64,000 bases of DNA, taken from assembly GCA_033764315.1 (NCBI GenBank), contig JANRJA010000075.1, forward strand, positions 1 through 64,000, given 5' to 3'. This document shows, in pieces, positions 19,299 to 29,236 of the stretch. The DNA is from Oculatellaceae cyanobacterium bins.114. Its GTDB lineage: Bacteria > Cyanobacteriota > Cyanobacteriia > Elainellales > Elainellaceae. How positions within the stretch are numbered: position 1 is the stretch's first letter; every line of letters begins with the position of its first letter. The notes under the pieces are model-generated. The model was not told the DNA's origin, made no database searches, and was given only the letters and a program-made list of their open reading frames with translations. The position numbers and the translations under genes were made by a program.

Positions 19299-21491
19299 CT
19301 ACTCAAAAGCAACATCCTTTTGAAAAAATTGATAACAGTTTTTTCCTAATCCCTTAGCTTCATACATGGCAATATCTGCTTTTTTAATCAGTTCGTCTTC
19401 GTCCTGCGTATCGTTGGGATAAATACTAATCCCAATGCTAGTGCTGACTGGGATCATTTTTCCATCTAAAATAAACTGTTGAGAAAGGGTTTGTAAAATT
19501 TTGTCAGCCACTCTGGCAATGTCTTGCACACTAGGAATCGCTGGTAGCAAAACCACAAACTCGTCACCACCATAGCGGGCAACTGTGTCACTGCTACGGA
19601 GACAACGGGTTAACCGTTGGGCAACGGCTTTAAGTAGCAAATTGCCCATATCATGTCCATAAGTATCATTGATTTGCTTAAATCCATCTAAGTCTAGGAA
19701 GAGAATTGCGATCAGTTGATCGTGATTTTTAGCCCACTCTAGTGATTGATTTAAGCGATCGCTCAATAGTTCACGGTTAGGTAGCCCCGTTAGAGCATCA
19801 TGATATGCCATGCGACGCAACCGATCTTCAGCCTGACGCAATTCTGCGTTAGAGCGGACTAACTCTGCGGCAGTGCGCTTGAGTTCTTCCTCTGCTTTTT
19901 TACGCTGAGTAATATCTCGAATGACCCCTACCAAAAATACGTTACCTGCTGCATCTCGATGGAGCGATCGCTTAGTAGCAATTGCATAGGTTATACCGTT
20001 GGCATTTGTAAACTCTTCCTCAGCTTCCTGCTCAATCCCATCTTTAAACACTAGATTGTCTTGTTGCCAAAAAAGAGTTGCTTGTTCTACGGGCAAAAAA
20101 TCAGGTTCAGATTTGTCTAAAAGCTGTTCTAAGGAGTGGCCAATAAAGCGACAGTAGGCACTGTTGAGCACGATCCAGCGGTGGTTTTGGTCTTTGACAA
20201 AGATCGGATCGGGAATGGTATTAATAACGGAATTGAGAAATTCTTTTGATTTTTTCAGTTCTTCTTGCAAGTAAGCAATGTAGCTGGTCATGGTTACGGC
20301 TGACCCTATCAGAGTAAATAGGGGCGGCACCAGCGGAATCCACCATTCCAACAGGAAAGCAAGATAGCAGATGCCAACCAAACTTGCTCCTGCTAAAAGA
20401 ATGGCCAAGCCTGAGCGTAGGGGCAGGCGCAATCGCCAACTCAGACTGGCACCAATCCATGCCCAGATCACAATCCACAGAAATTCTACAGGGTCGGGAA
20501 TGACCTGAATCAGCGATCGCCCCTCTAAGGCAGCATCTAAAATTTGACTAATAAAGTTGGCGTGTAACTCTACGCCTGGGATGGGCTGGGCATTACCCTC
20601 TGTGCTGCTGCTATAGGGGGTGTAAAAGAAGTCTTTGAGACTGGAGGCCGTAGAGCCAATTAAAACAATGCGATCGCGCATCAGCGATGCAGAGATGTCG
20701 CCGTTCAACACCTGCGTTAGAGAGACGGTCTGAAAGCGTGAATTGGGACGGCTCAGATTAGCCAGAATTTGATATCCCCCAATATCGGTGCGGACATATC
20801 CACCATCACTGGCTTGCAAGCGATCGAAAACTCGTTGCCCCAGTTGCAACAATGCTGGGTTATTAGGGGCAGGTTTGGCATAAATTTCATTGGACTGAAG
20901 GTAGATCATGGCCAATTTCAAGGCAAAGCTATCATGAAATTTGCCGTCTACCTGCCAAAACAAAACCGATCGTCGGACTCGGCTATCGACATCGACTACA
21001 ACGTTGTTAAACCCAATTTGGTCTCGCTCTGCCAAGGCAGCAGGAGGCTGCACTCCGACGCTTTCCCCATCTTGTAGTTTTTCAATGCCAACTAAATTGG
21101 GAGTTGTCTCAAACACCTGTTGCAGTTGGGCTTGCCCATCGCCAACCGGAACATCTCGATAAATATCCAGACCAATTGCTCTCGGTTGATAAGATTTCAC
21201 TTGTTGCAGCAACCGTGCCATCAACTCATCCGTTAAGGGCCACGTTTGTAGGGCATTGATGTCTGAGTCATCTAATCTGATGATGACGATGCGATCGTCT
21301 GGTGGCTGAGGTGGGCGTAAGCGAAATATTTGATCGAGGGCACTCAACTCTAACGGTTGCAATATGCCTAAAAGACGTAAGGTCGTTACTAATGTGGTAA
21401 CGCCTGCGGCGGTAAACAAGACTTTATGCTCATGCTTAAACCATTGTTTTAGGGCTATTCCTACATTGATTGGGTTCTTCATGCGGCGCAC
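19299..21491 (-). CDS. CHASE2-PAS-GGDEF diguanylate cyclase
   Basis: CHASE2 (IGLDIYRD, GVELHA), 3 TM, PAS (IPDPIFVKD...DIT), DALTGLPNR, I-site RSSD and intact GGDEF. Confidence 0.93.
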   Translation of the reverse strand: MRRMKNPINVGIALKQWFKHEHKVLFTAAGVTTLVTTLRLLGILQPLELSALDQIFRLRPPQPPDDRIVIIRLDDSDINALQTWPLTDELMARLLQQVKSYQPRAIGLDIYRDVPVGDGQAQLQQVFETTPNLVGIEKLQDGESVGVQPPAALAERDQIGFNNVVVDVDSRVRRSVLFWQVDGKFHDSFALKLAMIYLQSNEIYAKPAPNNPALLQLGQRVFDRLQASDGGYVRTDIGGYQILANLSRPNSRFQTVSLTQVLNGDISASLMRDRIVLIGSTASSLKDFFYTPYSSSTEGNAQPIPGVELHANFISQILDAALEGRSLIQVIPDPVEFLWIVIWAWIGASLSWRLRLPLRSGLAILLAGASLVGICYLAFLLEWWIPLVPPLFTLIGSAVTMTSYIAYLQEELKKSKEFLNSVINTIPDPIFVKDQNHRWIVLNSAYCRFIGHSLEQLLDKSEPDFLPVEQATLFWQQDNLVFKDGIEQEAEEEFTNANGITYAIATKRSLHRDAAGNVFLVGVIRDITQRKKAEEELKRTAAELVRSNAELRQAEDRLRRMAYHDALTGLPNRELLSDRLNQSLEWAKNHDQLIAILFLDLDGFKQINDTYGHDMGNLLLKAVAQRLTRCLRSSDTVARYGGDEFVVLLPAIPSVQDIARVADKILQTLSQQFILDGKMIPVSTSIGISIYPNDTQDEDELIKKADIAMYEAKGLGKNCYQFFQKDVAFE

Positions 21492-22257
21492 ACTAATGTC
21501 CTAATACCAATGATGAATAGAGGGAATCCCTTTAAGGTGGGCAATAGACCCAATGAGAATGTTCTTTCTTATACCTGCCTTTTACGCTTTGAGTTTCGTT
21601 TTAGGAAAGTTGATAACGGCCAAAACCGTAGCAATTTCAGACGTAGCTTGGTCTTTGTTAGAGTTCCCGCTTTAATCAATAGGATCAACGATGAATCTGG
21701 GAAAGTCAGCAGATGACTGTAATTAAATATGAAACCTGGTAATTTTGCATAGAGATCTGTGGAAGAGCAGTGAATTTTTGTAGGTTTAGACTTGCTTAAA
21801 GCAGGTTGGGACGTTGCCGAGCCGATGCACAAATGGTGTACGAGCGTTTCGGTTGAAAGTGATACTCAGCCTAATATTTACAGAAGTTTGAGAAATAATT
21901 GCTTACCCTCTCAAATCGTGCAATCAGTTATCTTATCTGGGTTATGGGCGATCGCGATTGGTTTATCTATCCCTCAAGGCAGAGCCAAAAGAGACATCTC
22001 GACTGTGCTATTCAATCTGGGGGGAGATGTGACAGAGAAGATATTCAAGCTATTAAATTCTACGGGGGCTAGATAAAGCCCCTTACAGCGATTGTAAATT
22101 GCGATTGTAAATTGCGATCGCTTGAGTACATAACGGTAGATGTCAACTAAGAAACAAAAACCTAAATTAATGCAGGTGGAACCAAGCTGCAAAACTTAGA
22201 GCCGCTTGGTTGCTTGTTTCGCATCTTTAACATGTTCTACAACTGGAGGAAATCTAT

Positions 22258-22623
22258 ATGCAATCCTTGCGTTTGAAAATCGCCGCTTTTCGTCCTATTC
22301 AACTTTTGATGATTGCTGTTGTTTGTGTGGTGTTGTTCTTGGGCAGTGTGATGCCAGCGTATGCTATCAGCAGTACTCCGAGCGATCCTCGTTCGGGTGA
22401 AACTTCGTTAGATGAAATTTTTGAACGCTCTGAGGATGCTCTGAGAGCTGAACCTCGCACGATGAAACAACTCGAATCTGAAGCGAGTAAAGGCATTAAT
22501 GAAGTGCAGGGGGACGCTGATTTAAACAGCAGTCAAATGAACCGTCCAGACAACTCCCAAAATGCTACTTCTGCGGAAGAGCAAGTGGAAAACGTATTAC
22601 GCAAGCTGACTCATAAAGAGTAA
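22258..22623 (+). CDS. Exported hypothetical protein (resembles cyanobacterial low-temperature/stress-induced proteins)
   Basis: ggagg RBS, signal peptide, GINEVQGDAD motif. Confidence 0.75.
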   Translation: MQSLRLKIAAFRPIQLLMIAVVCVVLFLGSVMPAYAISSTPSDPRSGETSLDEIFERSEDALRAEPRTMKQLESEASKGINEVQGDADLNSSQMNRPDNSQNATSAEEQVENVLRKLTHKE

Positions 22624-22670
22624 AGCGATGATAAATAACAACGTCAACAATAATTAACCTCTGTTGACAG

Positions 22671-22706
22671 AGTCCCTGGCTGATTCAGTAAGCTGGGGAC
22701 TTATTT
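22671..22706 (+). terminator. Probable intrinsic terminator
   Basis: agtccctggct...agctggggact hairpin followed by a T-rich tail. Confidence 0.5.
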
Positions 22707-22884
22707 GTATAAGTTGTTTCATTTTTGTCTAAATCGTCTCAAAAATGTCTATTCTCTGTACTTCTAATTAAGGCATAGAGCATCTTGCAATTCGTTGGAA
22801 GATGAGAGCTATTTAGAATTGCGATACGTGAAGCCGCTGGGTGTTAATTCCTAAAGTTCCTCTAAAGATATAAAACTAAAGATA

Positions 22885-22977
22885 TATAGCAATCCCAAAT
22901 GGGTTGTGAGAGGCGCACCCCTCAGGGGTGCGCCTCTCACAAACCGCCCATTTCATAACTGATTTAGGACTGCTATA
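22885..22977. mobile_element. TATAGC-bounded MITE, longer copy, inverted relative to 19172-19235
   Basis: tatagcaatcccaaatgggttgtgaga...tcataactgatttaggactgctata with a perfect internal hairpin ttgtgagaggcgcacccct/aggggtgcgcctctcacaa. Confidence 0.75.
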
Positions 22978-23511
22978 AAAGCTTTTTGTTATTTGAACAA
23001 CAGGCTTTGTTAAGAAGCAGTTGAGAATCGTCAGCCAATTAACAGCGATTTTGCAAAAGCTTGACGCTGCTTGATTTTTTGAAGTGAGGTTGATTAGGGT
23101 TAATGCTCTAAAAGGAATGATTTTGGGGTAAGTAGGTGTTGTGTCAAGTGTGGCGTATACCTACCTGTTTAGAACTACCTTTAACTTGAAGAAAAGGAAA
23201 AACTAGAGGCTCTTTAAAGTAGCTGTTAAAGTATTTTCTGTAGATCTGAATCTCTCTAACCTTAAGCTTTCCTTCAAATAATGGGTCGGCTGAATTGTCT
23301 AACCGCTGGCTTTAGGGATGTTTGTTTACTTAAAGTAAACTTCTGAAAAAAAATGAAAAGTGAATAGCAGTAAAAGCTAAAAAAAACGGAAGCTATGAAA
23401 TGAGAAGTATTTGCCTGAAAAGGGGAAGGGTAGAGATTTTCATACCTGTGCTTGTCAAGGTTATGCAGTCATTGTGCAAGTTATATTGACTCGCAGCGCA
23501 CTATCTTTGAT

Positions 23512-23904
23512 ATGAAACTATCACAGAGTTATGTTTTGGTCTTAGATCATCATTCTGGCGACTTAAAAATGCTGGAATCGTTGCTGATGCCACTTCGATG
23601 TTCTATTGAAGTGGTTAGCTCTGTTGAGCAAGCGATGGTCAGAGTAAACCAGGCTCCCCCTTATTTGGTTATCCTAACGGGTAGTCGCCAAAATTGGTCA
23701 CGTACGCTAGTTAACAAACTGCGAGACCAAACGAATGCATCGAATGTCACGATTGTTGCGTTGACGGATGTTCATGCTCCTAGTTGGCAGCACCAGGAGG
23801 AAAATCCAGGGTTAGACGGTTTTCTGGTCAAACCGTTGAGTGGTGATGTGTTAGCATCATTGGTTCAATCTGCCTGGGCACGGCAAACTTACTGTTCTGC
23901 ATAA
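23512..23904 (+). CDS. Atypical (pseudo-)receiver domain protein
   Basis: Receiver-fold motifs VLVLD, IVALT and DGFLVKPL are present, but the phosphoacceptor position reads LVILT. Confidence 0.8.
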   Translation: MKLSQSYVLVLDHHSGDLKMLESLLMPLRCSIEVVSSVEQAMVRVNQAPPYLVILTGSRQNWSRTLVNKLRDQTNASNVTIVALTDVHAPSWQHQEENPGLDGFLVKPLSGDVLASLVQSAWARQTYCSA

Positions 23905-23918
23905 GGCATGGCTTTGTT

Positions 23919-24629
23919 TTGATGCATTTTGCGCCTCTTTACCCGGTTTTACATTGGATTCTCAAACCGCTTTTCCCAGATTGTTTGTGGGAGGGGTTTG
24001 GGAACTCCAAGACGATCGCCCTTACCTTTGATGATGGTCCACATCCACAACACACCTTGCCCCTATTGGAGGTACTTGCTCGCTATCAAATTACAGCCAA
24101 CTTCTTTTGGTTGGGGGTTTGCGTCAACCGCAACCCTACGATCGCCCGTGAGATTTATCAACAAGGACACTGGGTTGGGCTGCATGGTTATGACCATCGC
24201 ATCTTTCCAACGCTGGCGGTGGATGAGCTAAAAGACCAACTCGAAAAAACTCAACTGGCGATCGCCCGGGCGTGTGACTTAGATCTGTCCTATGTGCAAC
24301 AACACATTCGAGATGTGCGTCCACCGGTAGGTGTCTTTACTCCACAAACGCTGATCTATTTACAGCAATGGCACTATCGTCCTGTGATGTGGAGTGTGGT
24401 TCCTGAAGATTGGGTGCGACCTGGTGTGGCGATCGCCACCCAACGAGTGCTCGAGCAGACTCAAAACGGGTCACTGATTGTGTTACATGACGGCTATCAT
24501 GGCGGTGAAGATGTGGCTGCGATCGCTTCAACTGTCATTCCCACATTGCTTGATTTGGGCTATGAGTTTGTCACGATTGATCAGCTTTGGCAACAACGAC
24601 AGCTAACAGAGGCATCAAAAAATATTTAG
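23919..24629 (+). CDS. Polysaccharide deacetylase (NodB/CE4 family)
   Basis: ALTFDDGP, HGYDH, RPP, EDW and LHD motifs. Confidence 0.92.
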   Translation: MMHFAPLYPVLHWILKPLFPDCLWEGFGNSKTIALTFDDGPHPQHTLPLLEVLARYQITANFFWLGVCVNRNPTIAREIYQQGHWVGLHGYDHRIFPTLAVDELKDQLEKTQLAIARACDLDLSYVQQHIRDVRPPVGVFTPQTLIYLQQWHYRPVMWSVVPEDWVRPGVAIATQRVLEQTQNGSLIVLHDGYHGGEDVAAIASTVIPTLLDLGYEFVTIDQLWQQRQLTEASKNI

Positions 24630-24672
24630 CACAAACAAAATTTTGCTGCGAATGTGAGATTCTGGAGGGGTT

Positions 24673-25038
24673 TTGGGATATCTAATGAGTAGTTATACTA
24701 CGAGCAAGATATGTAGGCGTTGTAAATACGTGTTGCCCCCAGTTATTGACGAAGAAAAGCTATTTCCCTTCAAATTCTGGTTTAACAACAGCATTCAAGA
24801 TGGAATGTTTTACCGGAATGAGTTGTTTTATCGGTTGCACAGCATTGACATCCGCAATCGGGCGCGGCTATATCACTATGCCTGTAGAATAGCTCAACGA
24901 GATAGTGTGGTTGTCAGTGCCACTGATGTCAGTTGCAGCATTTGGGTGAGCCTGCGTAGTTCTCATGCTCAAGCCTCTACTTTACACAATCACAGATTGC
25001 CTTCATTTATGGAGCTGATTCAAGAGATAGAGGACTAG
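24673..25038 (+). CDS. Hypothetical protein (cyanobacterial FKFW...G motif type)
   Basis: ORF with PFKFWFN..IQDGM and CSIWVSLRS segments. Start uncertain (possibly GTG at 24730). Confidence 0.65.
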   Translation: MGYLMSSYTTSKICRRCKYVLPPVIDEEKLFPFKFWFNNSIQDGMFYRNELFYRLHSIDIRNRARLYHYACRIAQRDSVVVSATDVSCSIWVSLRSSHAQASTLHNHRLPSFMELIQEIED

Positions 25039-25047
25039 CTAAAGTTT

Positions 25048-25611
25048 TTAGCCTCCAGCATTGGGCTCTAAAAAAGGACGTGCTAGCAGCAGACTAGAGA
25101 TGGATTTGGCATCTACAGGTTCACCTGCCAAGATGGCTTGCTCTAGCTCTTGTGGAGTCATGAGAATCGTTTCTATGTCTTCGTCATGATCTTGAGGAGG
25201 TGGAGTCTCCAGCTTTTCCAAATCTTGTGCCAAAAACACATGAATCACTTCGTCTGAATATCCGGGAGCTACAAAAAATTTCCCAAGTTTTTGCCAGCGA
25301 TGGGCGCGATAACCCGTTTCTTCTTCGATTTCTCGCTCAACGGTGGTTGCCGGATCTTCGTCGGGCTCAATGGTGCCTGCGGGAAACTCGATCAACCGTC
25401 CTTGAGCTGCAAATCGATATTGCCTGACCAGCACTAGCTTGCCGTCAGCGGTCAGGGGCACAGCGACCGCCCCACCCGGATGGCGAATGCATTCCCAGTC
25501 TCCTTCGGCTCGGTTGGGTAAGCGCAAGCGGCTCACTTCAAAGTCAAATTTGCGCCCTCGATAGAGCAGTTTTTGTTTGAGTAGTTGAGGGGGTTCGGAG
25601 CCAACAGCCAT
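25048..25611 (-). CDS. NUDIX hydrolase (ADP-ribose pyrophosphatase-like)
   Basis: Nudix box EFPAGTIEPDEDPATTVEREIEEETG; RQYR and PGYSDE motifs. Confidence 0.92.
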   Translation of the reverse strand: MAVGSEPPQLLKQKLLYRGRKFDFEVSRLRLPNRAEGDWECIRHPGGAVAVPLTADGKLVLVRQYRFAAQGRLIEFPAGTIEPDEDPATTVEREIEEETGYRAHRWQKLGKFFVAPGYSDEVIHVFLAQDLEKLETPPPQDHDEDIETILMTPQELEQAILAGEPVDAKSISSLLLARPFLEPNAGG

Positions 25612-25740
25612 GAGATGATTTTAAGGAGAATTGATTAGAAGACAGTAGTGCTAGAAAGGGCAGGAAGACAAAAGGAGGAGATGTCGCAGAATGCCCATTA
25701 TTCCTCAACTATTCTTCATCCTTGCCTAAAGTAGGACTAC

Positions 25741-26232
25741 CTAGAAGTGAATTAGAGTTACTCCCGAACAGTCTACCGTTTTCGCCAGATCTGCGATCGC
25801 CTTCCCTGAAATTGGGTCAACCCAATTAGGCGCAATTTCTGCTAGGGGAACCAGCACAAAAGCCCGTTCATGCATGCGGGGATGGGGGAGTTGCAGGTTG
25901 GGCAGGCTGAGAATCGAGTCATCAAAGAGTAACAAATCGAGGTCGAGTAAGCGGGGACCCCAACGTTCTCGTCGAATTCGCCCAAACTGCAACTCAATTG
26001 CCAAGAGCGATCGCAACAGTTGTTCTGGGGTGAGATTGGTAGAGACGATCGCGCAGCAGTTTAAGTAGTCAGGTTGGGGAGGCCCAACGGCGAGGGTTTG
26101 ATAATAGTTAGACGCGATTTCTAGCGTGATACCAGGGGTTTGGTTGAGTGTTGTCAGGGCTGCTTTTAAGATGGCATGAGAGTCGCCCAGATTACTTCCT
26201 AGAGCGATCGCCGCCCGGTGTTGTTGCATCAC
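25741..26232 (-). CDS. folK: 2-amino-4-hydroxy-6-hydroxymethyldihydropteridine diphosphokinase
   Basis: IALGSNLG, RWGPRLLDLDLL and LPHPRMHERAFVL motifs. Confidence 0.95.
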   Translation of the reverse strand: MMQQHRAAIALGSNLGDSHAILKAALTTLNQTPGITLEIASNYYQTLAVGPPQPDYLNCCAIVSTNLTPEQLLRSLLAIELQFGRIRRERWGPRLLDLDLLLFDDSILSLPNLQLPHPRMHERAFVLVPLAEIAPNWVDPISGKAIADLAKTVDCSGVTLIHF

Positions 26233-26235
26233 ACC

Positions 26236-26472
26236 CTACCAACTTGGGTCAACATACAGATTAATCGTAAGTTGTTGAGTTCCCGGTGGCACGGCACTAA
26301 TGCAGGCACATACAGTATCGCCTTCGACTTCAACCTCACAGGCATGGCATGACCCCATCAAACAGCCCGTGGGAATGGATAAACCTGCCCGATCAGCCAC
26401 TTGTAACAGTGGCTCACCAACTTCGGCTTTGACCGTGATGTTATCGGGCACAAAGTGAATTTGAACGCTCAT
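26236..26472 (-). CDS. Small 2Fe-2S ferredoxin
   Basis: C-x4-C-x2-C (GCLMGSCHAC) plus distal CAC. Confidence 0.88.
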   Translation of the reverse strand: MSVQIHFVPDNITVKAEVGEPLLQVADRAGLSIPTGCLMGSCHACEVEVEGDTVCACISAVPPGTQQLTINLYVDPSW

Positions 26473-26522
26473 CGACTCGATTTAGATAAGTGGGTGGGTA
26501 GACGTTCTACTTTTCTAAAGTT

Positions 26523-28022
26523 CTACTTTTCTAAAAAAGACAACAGACGCGGAATGTCTAAATAAGACTCAACGACATCGCCCAATGAGTCTAGCATTGC
26601 TTCACGTTGTTCTCGATAGTTTGAGATGCCTGTCGGCAAAGACTTTAAGCCTCGCTGTTGGCGCAGTCGGTTAAGCCATGCTCGTCGCCACGGGCCGTTG
26701 TCAAAAATGCCATGCAAATAGGTGCCCAGGATGGACTGGGTAGAATCGACGATGCCTAAATTGGCATCATCAAACAAGGGTTTGTAGTTGATTGTGCCGG
26801 GTTCGGTGCTGTCGTTGTCTACCAAATGGCTGCGTCCCTGATGAATTTCATAGCCTGTCACAGGTAAGCCGACCTGAGGAAAGTTGGAGGTGACGAGCCG
26901 TTGTCGAGCTACCTTTTGTCCAGTGATGACGGTTTTTAAGGGTAATAAGCCTAGCCCTTTGTAGCGTCCTTCTTGACCCTCTAAGCCTTCTGGGTCTGCC
27001 AGCAGTCGCCCCATCATTTGAAAGCCACCACAAATGCCCATCACCGTTCCACCTGCGGCAGCATAGTTTTGGATGGCTTCTGCCATGCCTGTGCGTTGCA
27101 TGGCGACTAAGTCCGCGATCGTGGTTTTAGAACCGGGAATGATGACCGCATCGGGATAACCGAGGGAATCTTTTAGCCCCAAGTATCGGACAGTGACGGT
27201 GGCTTCTGCCTCTAGCGGATCAAAATCAGTGAAGTTTGAAATGCGCGGTAAACGAACGACTGCTACGGTGATTTCGCGGGGCATTGCGCTGGACTGGCGA
27301 TCGAGCAATGACAGCGAGTCTTCGGCAGGGAACGAGTGATCTAACCAGGGGATCACGCCTAAAACGGGGATGCCAGTCCGTTCTTCGAGCCAAGTGATGC
27401 CCGATTGCAGGAGCGATCGCTGACCTCGAAACTTATTGATAATCACCCCTTTGATCAACGCTCGTTCTTCGGGTTCCAACAGTTCCAATGTGCCAACCAC
27501 ATGGGCAAAAGCCCCTCCCCGATCAATATCTACGATTAGCAATGTCGGTGCATTGAGGTGTTTGGCAATTCGCATGTTTGCCAAATCTCGATGTTTGAGG
27601 TTGATCTCAGCAGGACTGCCTGCCCCTTCACAGATCAACAAATCAAACTCTTCATTAAGGCGGGCAAGAGACTCTTCGATCGCCAACCAGCCCGGTTCAA
27701 AAAACTGTTCGTAATAGTCGGCTGCTCCTACTCTGCCAACGGCTCTGCCTTTTAGCACCACCTGGGAGGTCATATCTCCTTGTGGTTTCAGCAAAATTGG
27801 ATTCATCTCAACCCGAGGGGTGACTCCGGCGGCCCAGGCTTGCACGGCTTGAGCATGACCGATTTCGCCTCCGCTCGCTGTTACATAGGCATTGAGTGCC
27901 ATATTTTGCCCCTTAAAGGGAGCCACTCGCCAACCCCGACGGCATAAGATTCGGCATAGGGCTGCCGTCAACAGCGACTTACCAGCGTGGGATGTTGTGC
28001 CCACCACCATAATGGCTTTCAT
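26523..28022 (-). CDS. cobQ: Cobyric acid synthase
   Basis: GTTSHAGKS, FKGQNM, EGAGSPAEINL, GICGGFQM and GTYLHG motifs. Confidence 0.96.
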   Translation of the reverse strand: MKAIMVVGTTSHAGKSLLTAALCRILCRRGWRVAPFKGQNMALNAYVTASGGEIGHAQAVQAWAAGVTPRVEMNPILLKPQGDMTSQVVLKGRAVGRVGAADYYEQFFEPGWLAIEESLARLNEEFDLLICEGAGSPAEINLKHRDLANMRIAKHLNAPTLLIVDIDRGGAFAHVVGTLELLEPEERALIKGVIINKFRGQRSLLQSGITWLEERTGIPVLGVIPWLDHSFPAEDSLSLLDRQSSAMPREITVAVVRLPRISNFTDFDPLEAEATVTVRYLGLKDSLGYPDAVIIPGSKTTIADLVAMQRTGMAEAIQNYAAAGGTVMGICGGFQMMGRLLADPEGLEGQEGRYKGLGLLPLKTVITGQKVARQRLVTSNFPQVGLPVTGYEIHQGRSHLVDNDSTEPGTINYKPLFDDANLGIVDSTQSILGTYLHGIFDNGPWRRAWLNRLRQQRGLKSLPTGISNYREQREAMLDSLGDVVESYLDIPRLLSFLEK

Positions 28023-28315
28023 TCAAAACCCTCCAAGAGACCTAGCAAACAGGCATCATTGCCAGCGTTTAAAACTGTGGTGATTTTCCTTCTAAAGATT
28101 AACAACTGAATTAAATGACTGTTAAGGGAATTAGAGAATATTGACCCTTTTGGGAGCGCATCTCTGCTGAGTATGTCAGCCAGTGGTAACATTTGCGTTG
28201 CTGGCAGCTATAAAAGCTAATTTGTAAACAAAGGTTTCGAGTTCCCTCGATTTTCCCTAAAGCGGCAGACTTCAAGCGTGTAACTGTGCTCGCAAGGGTT
28301 CAGAACTACTGCAAC

Positions 28316-28729
28316 TTATACCCAAGCTGGTAGTCGCAACCACCGTTGTAAGAGGTTGAGGACGCGATCGCCCCAGGTAGCTGTTGAGAAGGGTTGACCT
28401 TGTTGCCATTTTTGCACCAGTTGTCGCCCTAGTGGGGTGAGTCTAAAGCTATCGGTTAACCCTTGACCATCTACTTCACGTCGGAGTAGCCCCACTTGGA
28501 TCAGCCAGAGCAATTCGTTTTCCACGATTAACTCAGGTAACGGACGCTCAGTATAGCCATTTTTGACGCCGTCTGTTGTGGCGATCGCTCTGACATCGAC
28601 TCCTTGCCACCCCATTGTGATAAATAACTGCAATTGAAATGGAGCGCAGCGAACAGCCCGTTCTGCCCGTTGAAGGGTGCGCTGATCATAGCGGATAGAT
28701 GGGTTGCGAGTGGGGTGGGTCGAGGTCAT
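28316..28729 (-). CDS. Npun_F0494 family conserved cyanobacterial protein
   Basis: WLIQVGLLRREVDGQGLTDSFRLTPLGR motif; usual neighbour of cobQ. Confidence 0.85.
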   Translation of the reverse strand: MTSTHPTRNPSIRYDQRTLQRAERAVRCAPFQLQLFITMGWQGVDVRAIATTDGVKNGYTERPLPELIVENELLWLIQVGLLRREVDGQGLTDSFRLTPLGRQLVQKWQQGQPFSTATWGDRVLNLLQRWLRLPAWV

Positions 28730-29236
28730 GGGTTGAGTTGGCGTAGTTGAACTAGGCGTAGGTATTCAGAATTAAAGAAGGGTGTGATGCATCAGAACGG
28801 TTGTGCCACCGACTGACCTGGAGCAGCCCATTGGAAACTTTGGATTACGGCATTTTCCAGCGATCGCTTGCTGATTCCGGATCATGAGCATCGAATTTTG
28901 AATGATTTTTCTATCTTATTGTTTCCAGTTGTAAAAAAACGAGCAGAATTGAAACTATTTCGACGGGATGTATTAGAACTATGGCAATTAGAGTGAGTGC
29001 ATCTGTTTTGACTCATGTTGCGACTCGATCGTTGACTTGATCTAATGTTTCATTGGGGTTGAGTTCCACATTGTTTTGAGAGGAGTTGCTGGGGCATGGT
29101 TAATTGCCCAAAGCCTCTCTGAAAACTCCCTGATGCGATCGCATGAGTGAGAAGGTTGATCGAAACCAATTCAGGGTGAATCTAGCGTTAACCCAATGAA
29201 ATTTAATCTTTAATTTTGTGTTCTAGTTTGAGCTGA

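Noticed and set aside
22088..22118. Short direct repeats as a possible CRISPR array
   Set aside because: These are tandem units without spacers, and there are no cas genes. The same applies to the other tandem repeats in the window.
21510..22192. Four short overlapping ORFs in the intergenic region
   Set aside because: They have mostly non-ATG starts, overlap each other, and lack an RBS or protein-like features.
28023..28315. Possible cobalamin riboswitch upstream of cobQ
   Set aside because: I could not find the B12-box or the GGGAA..GGTG.AA.TCC core on the minus strand.
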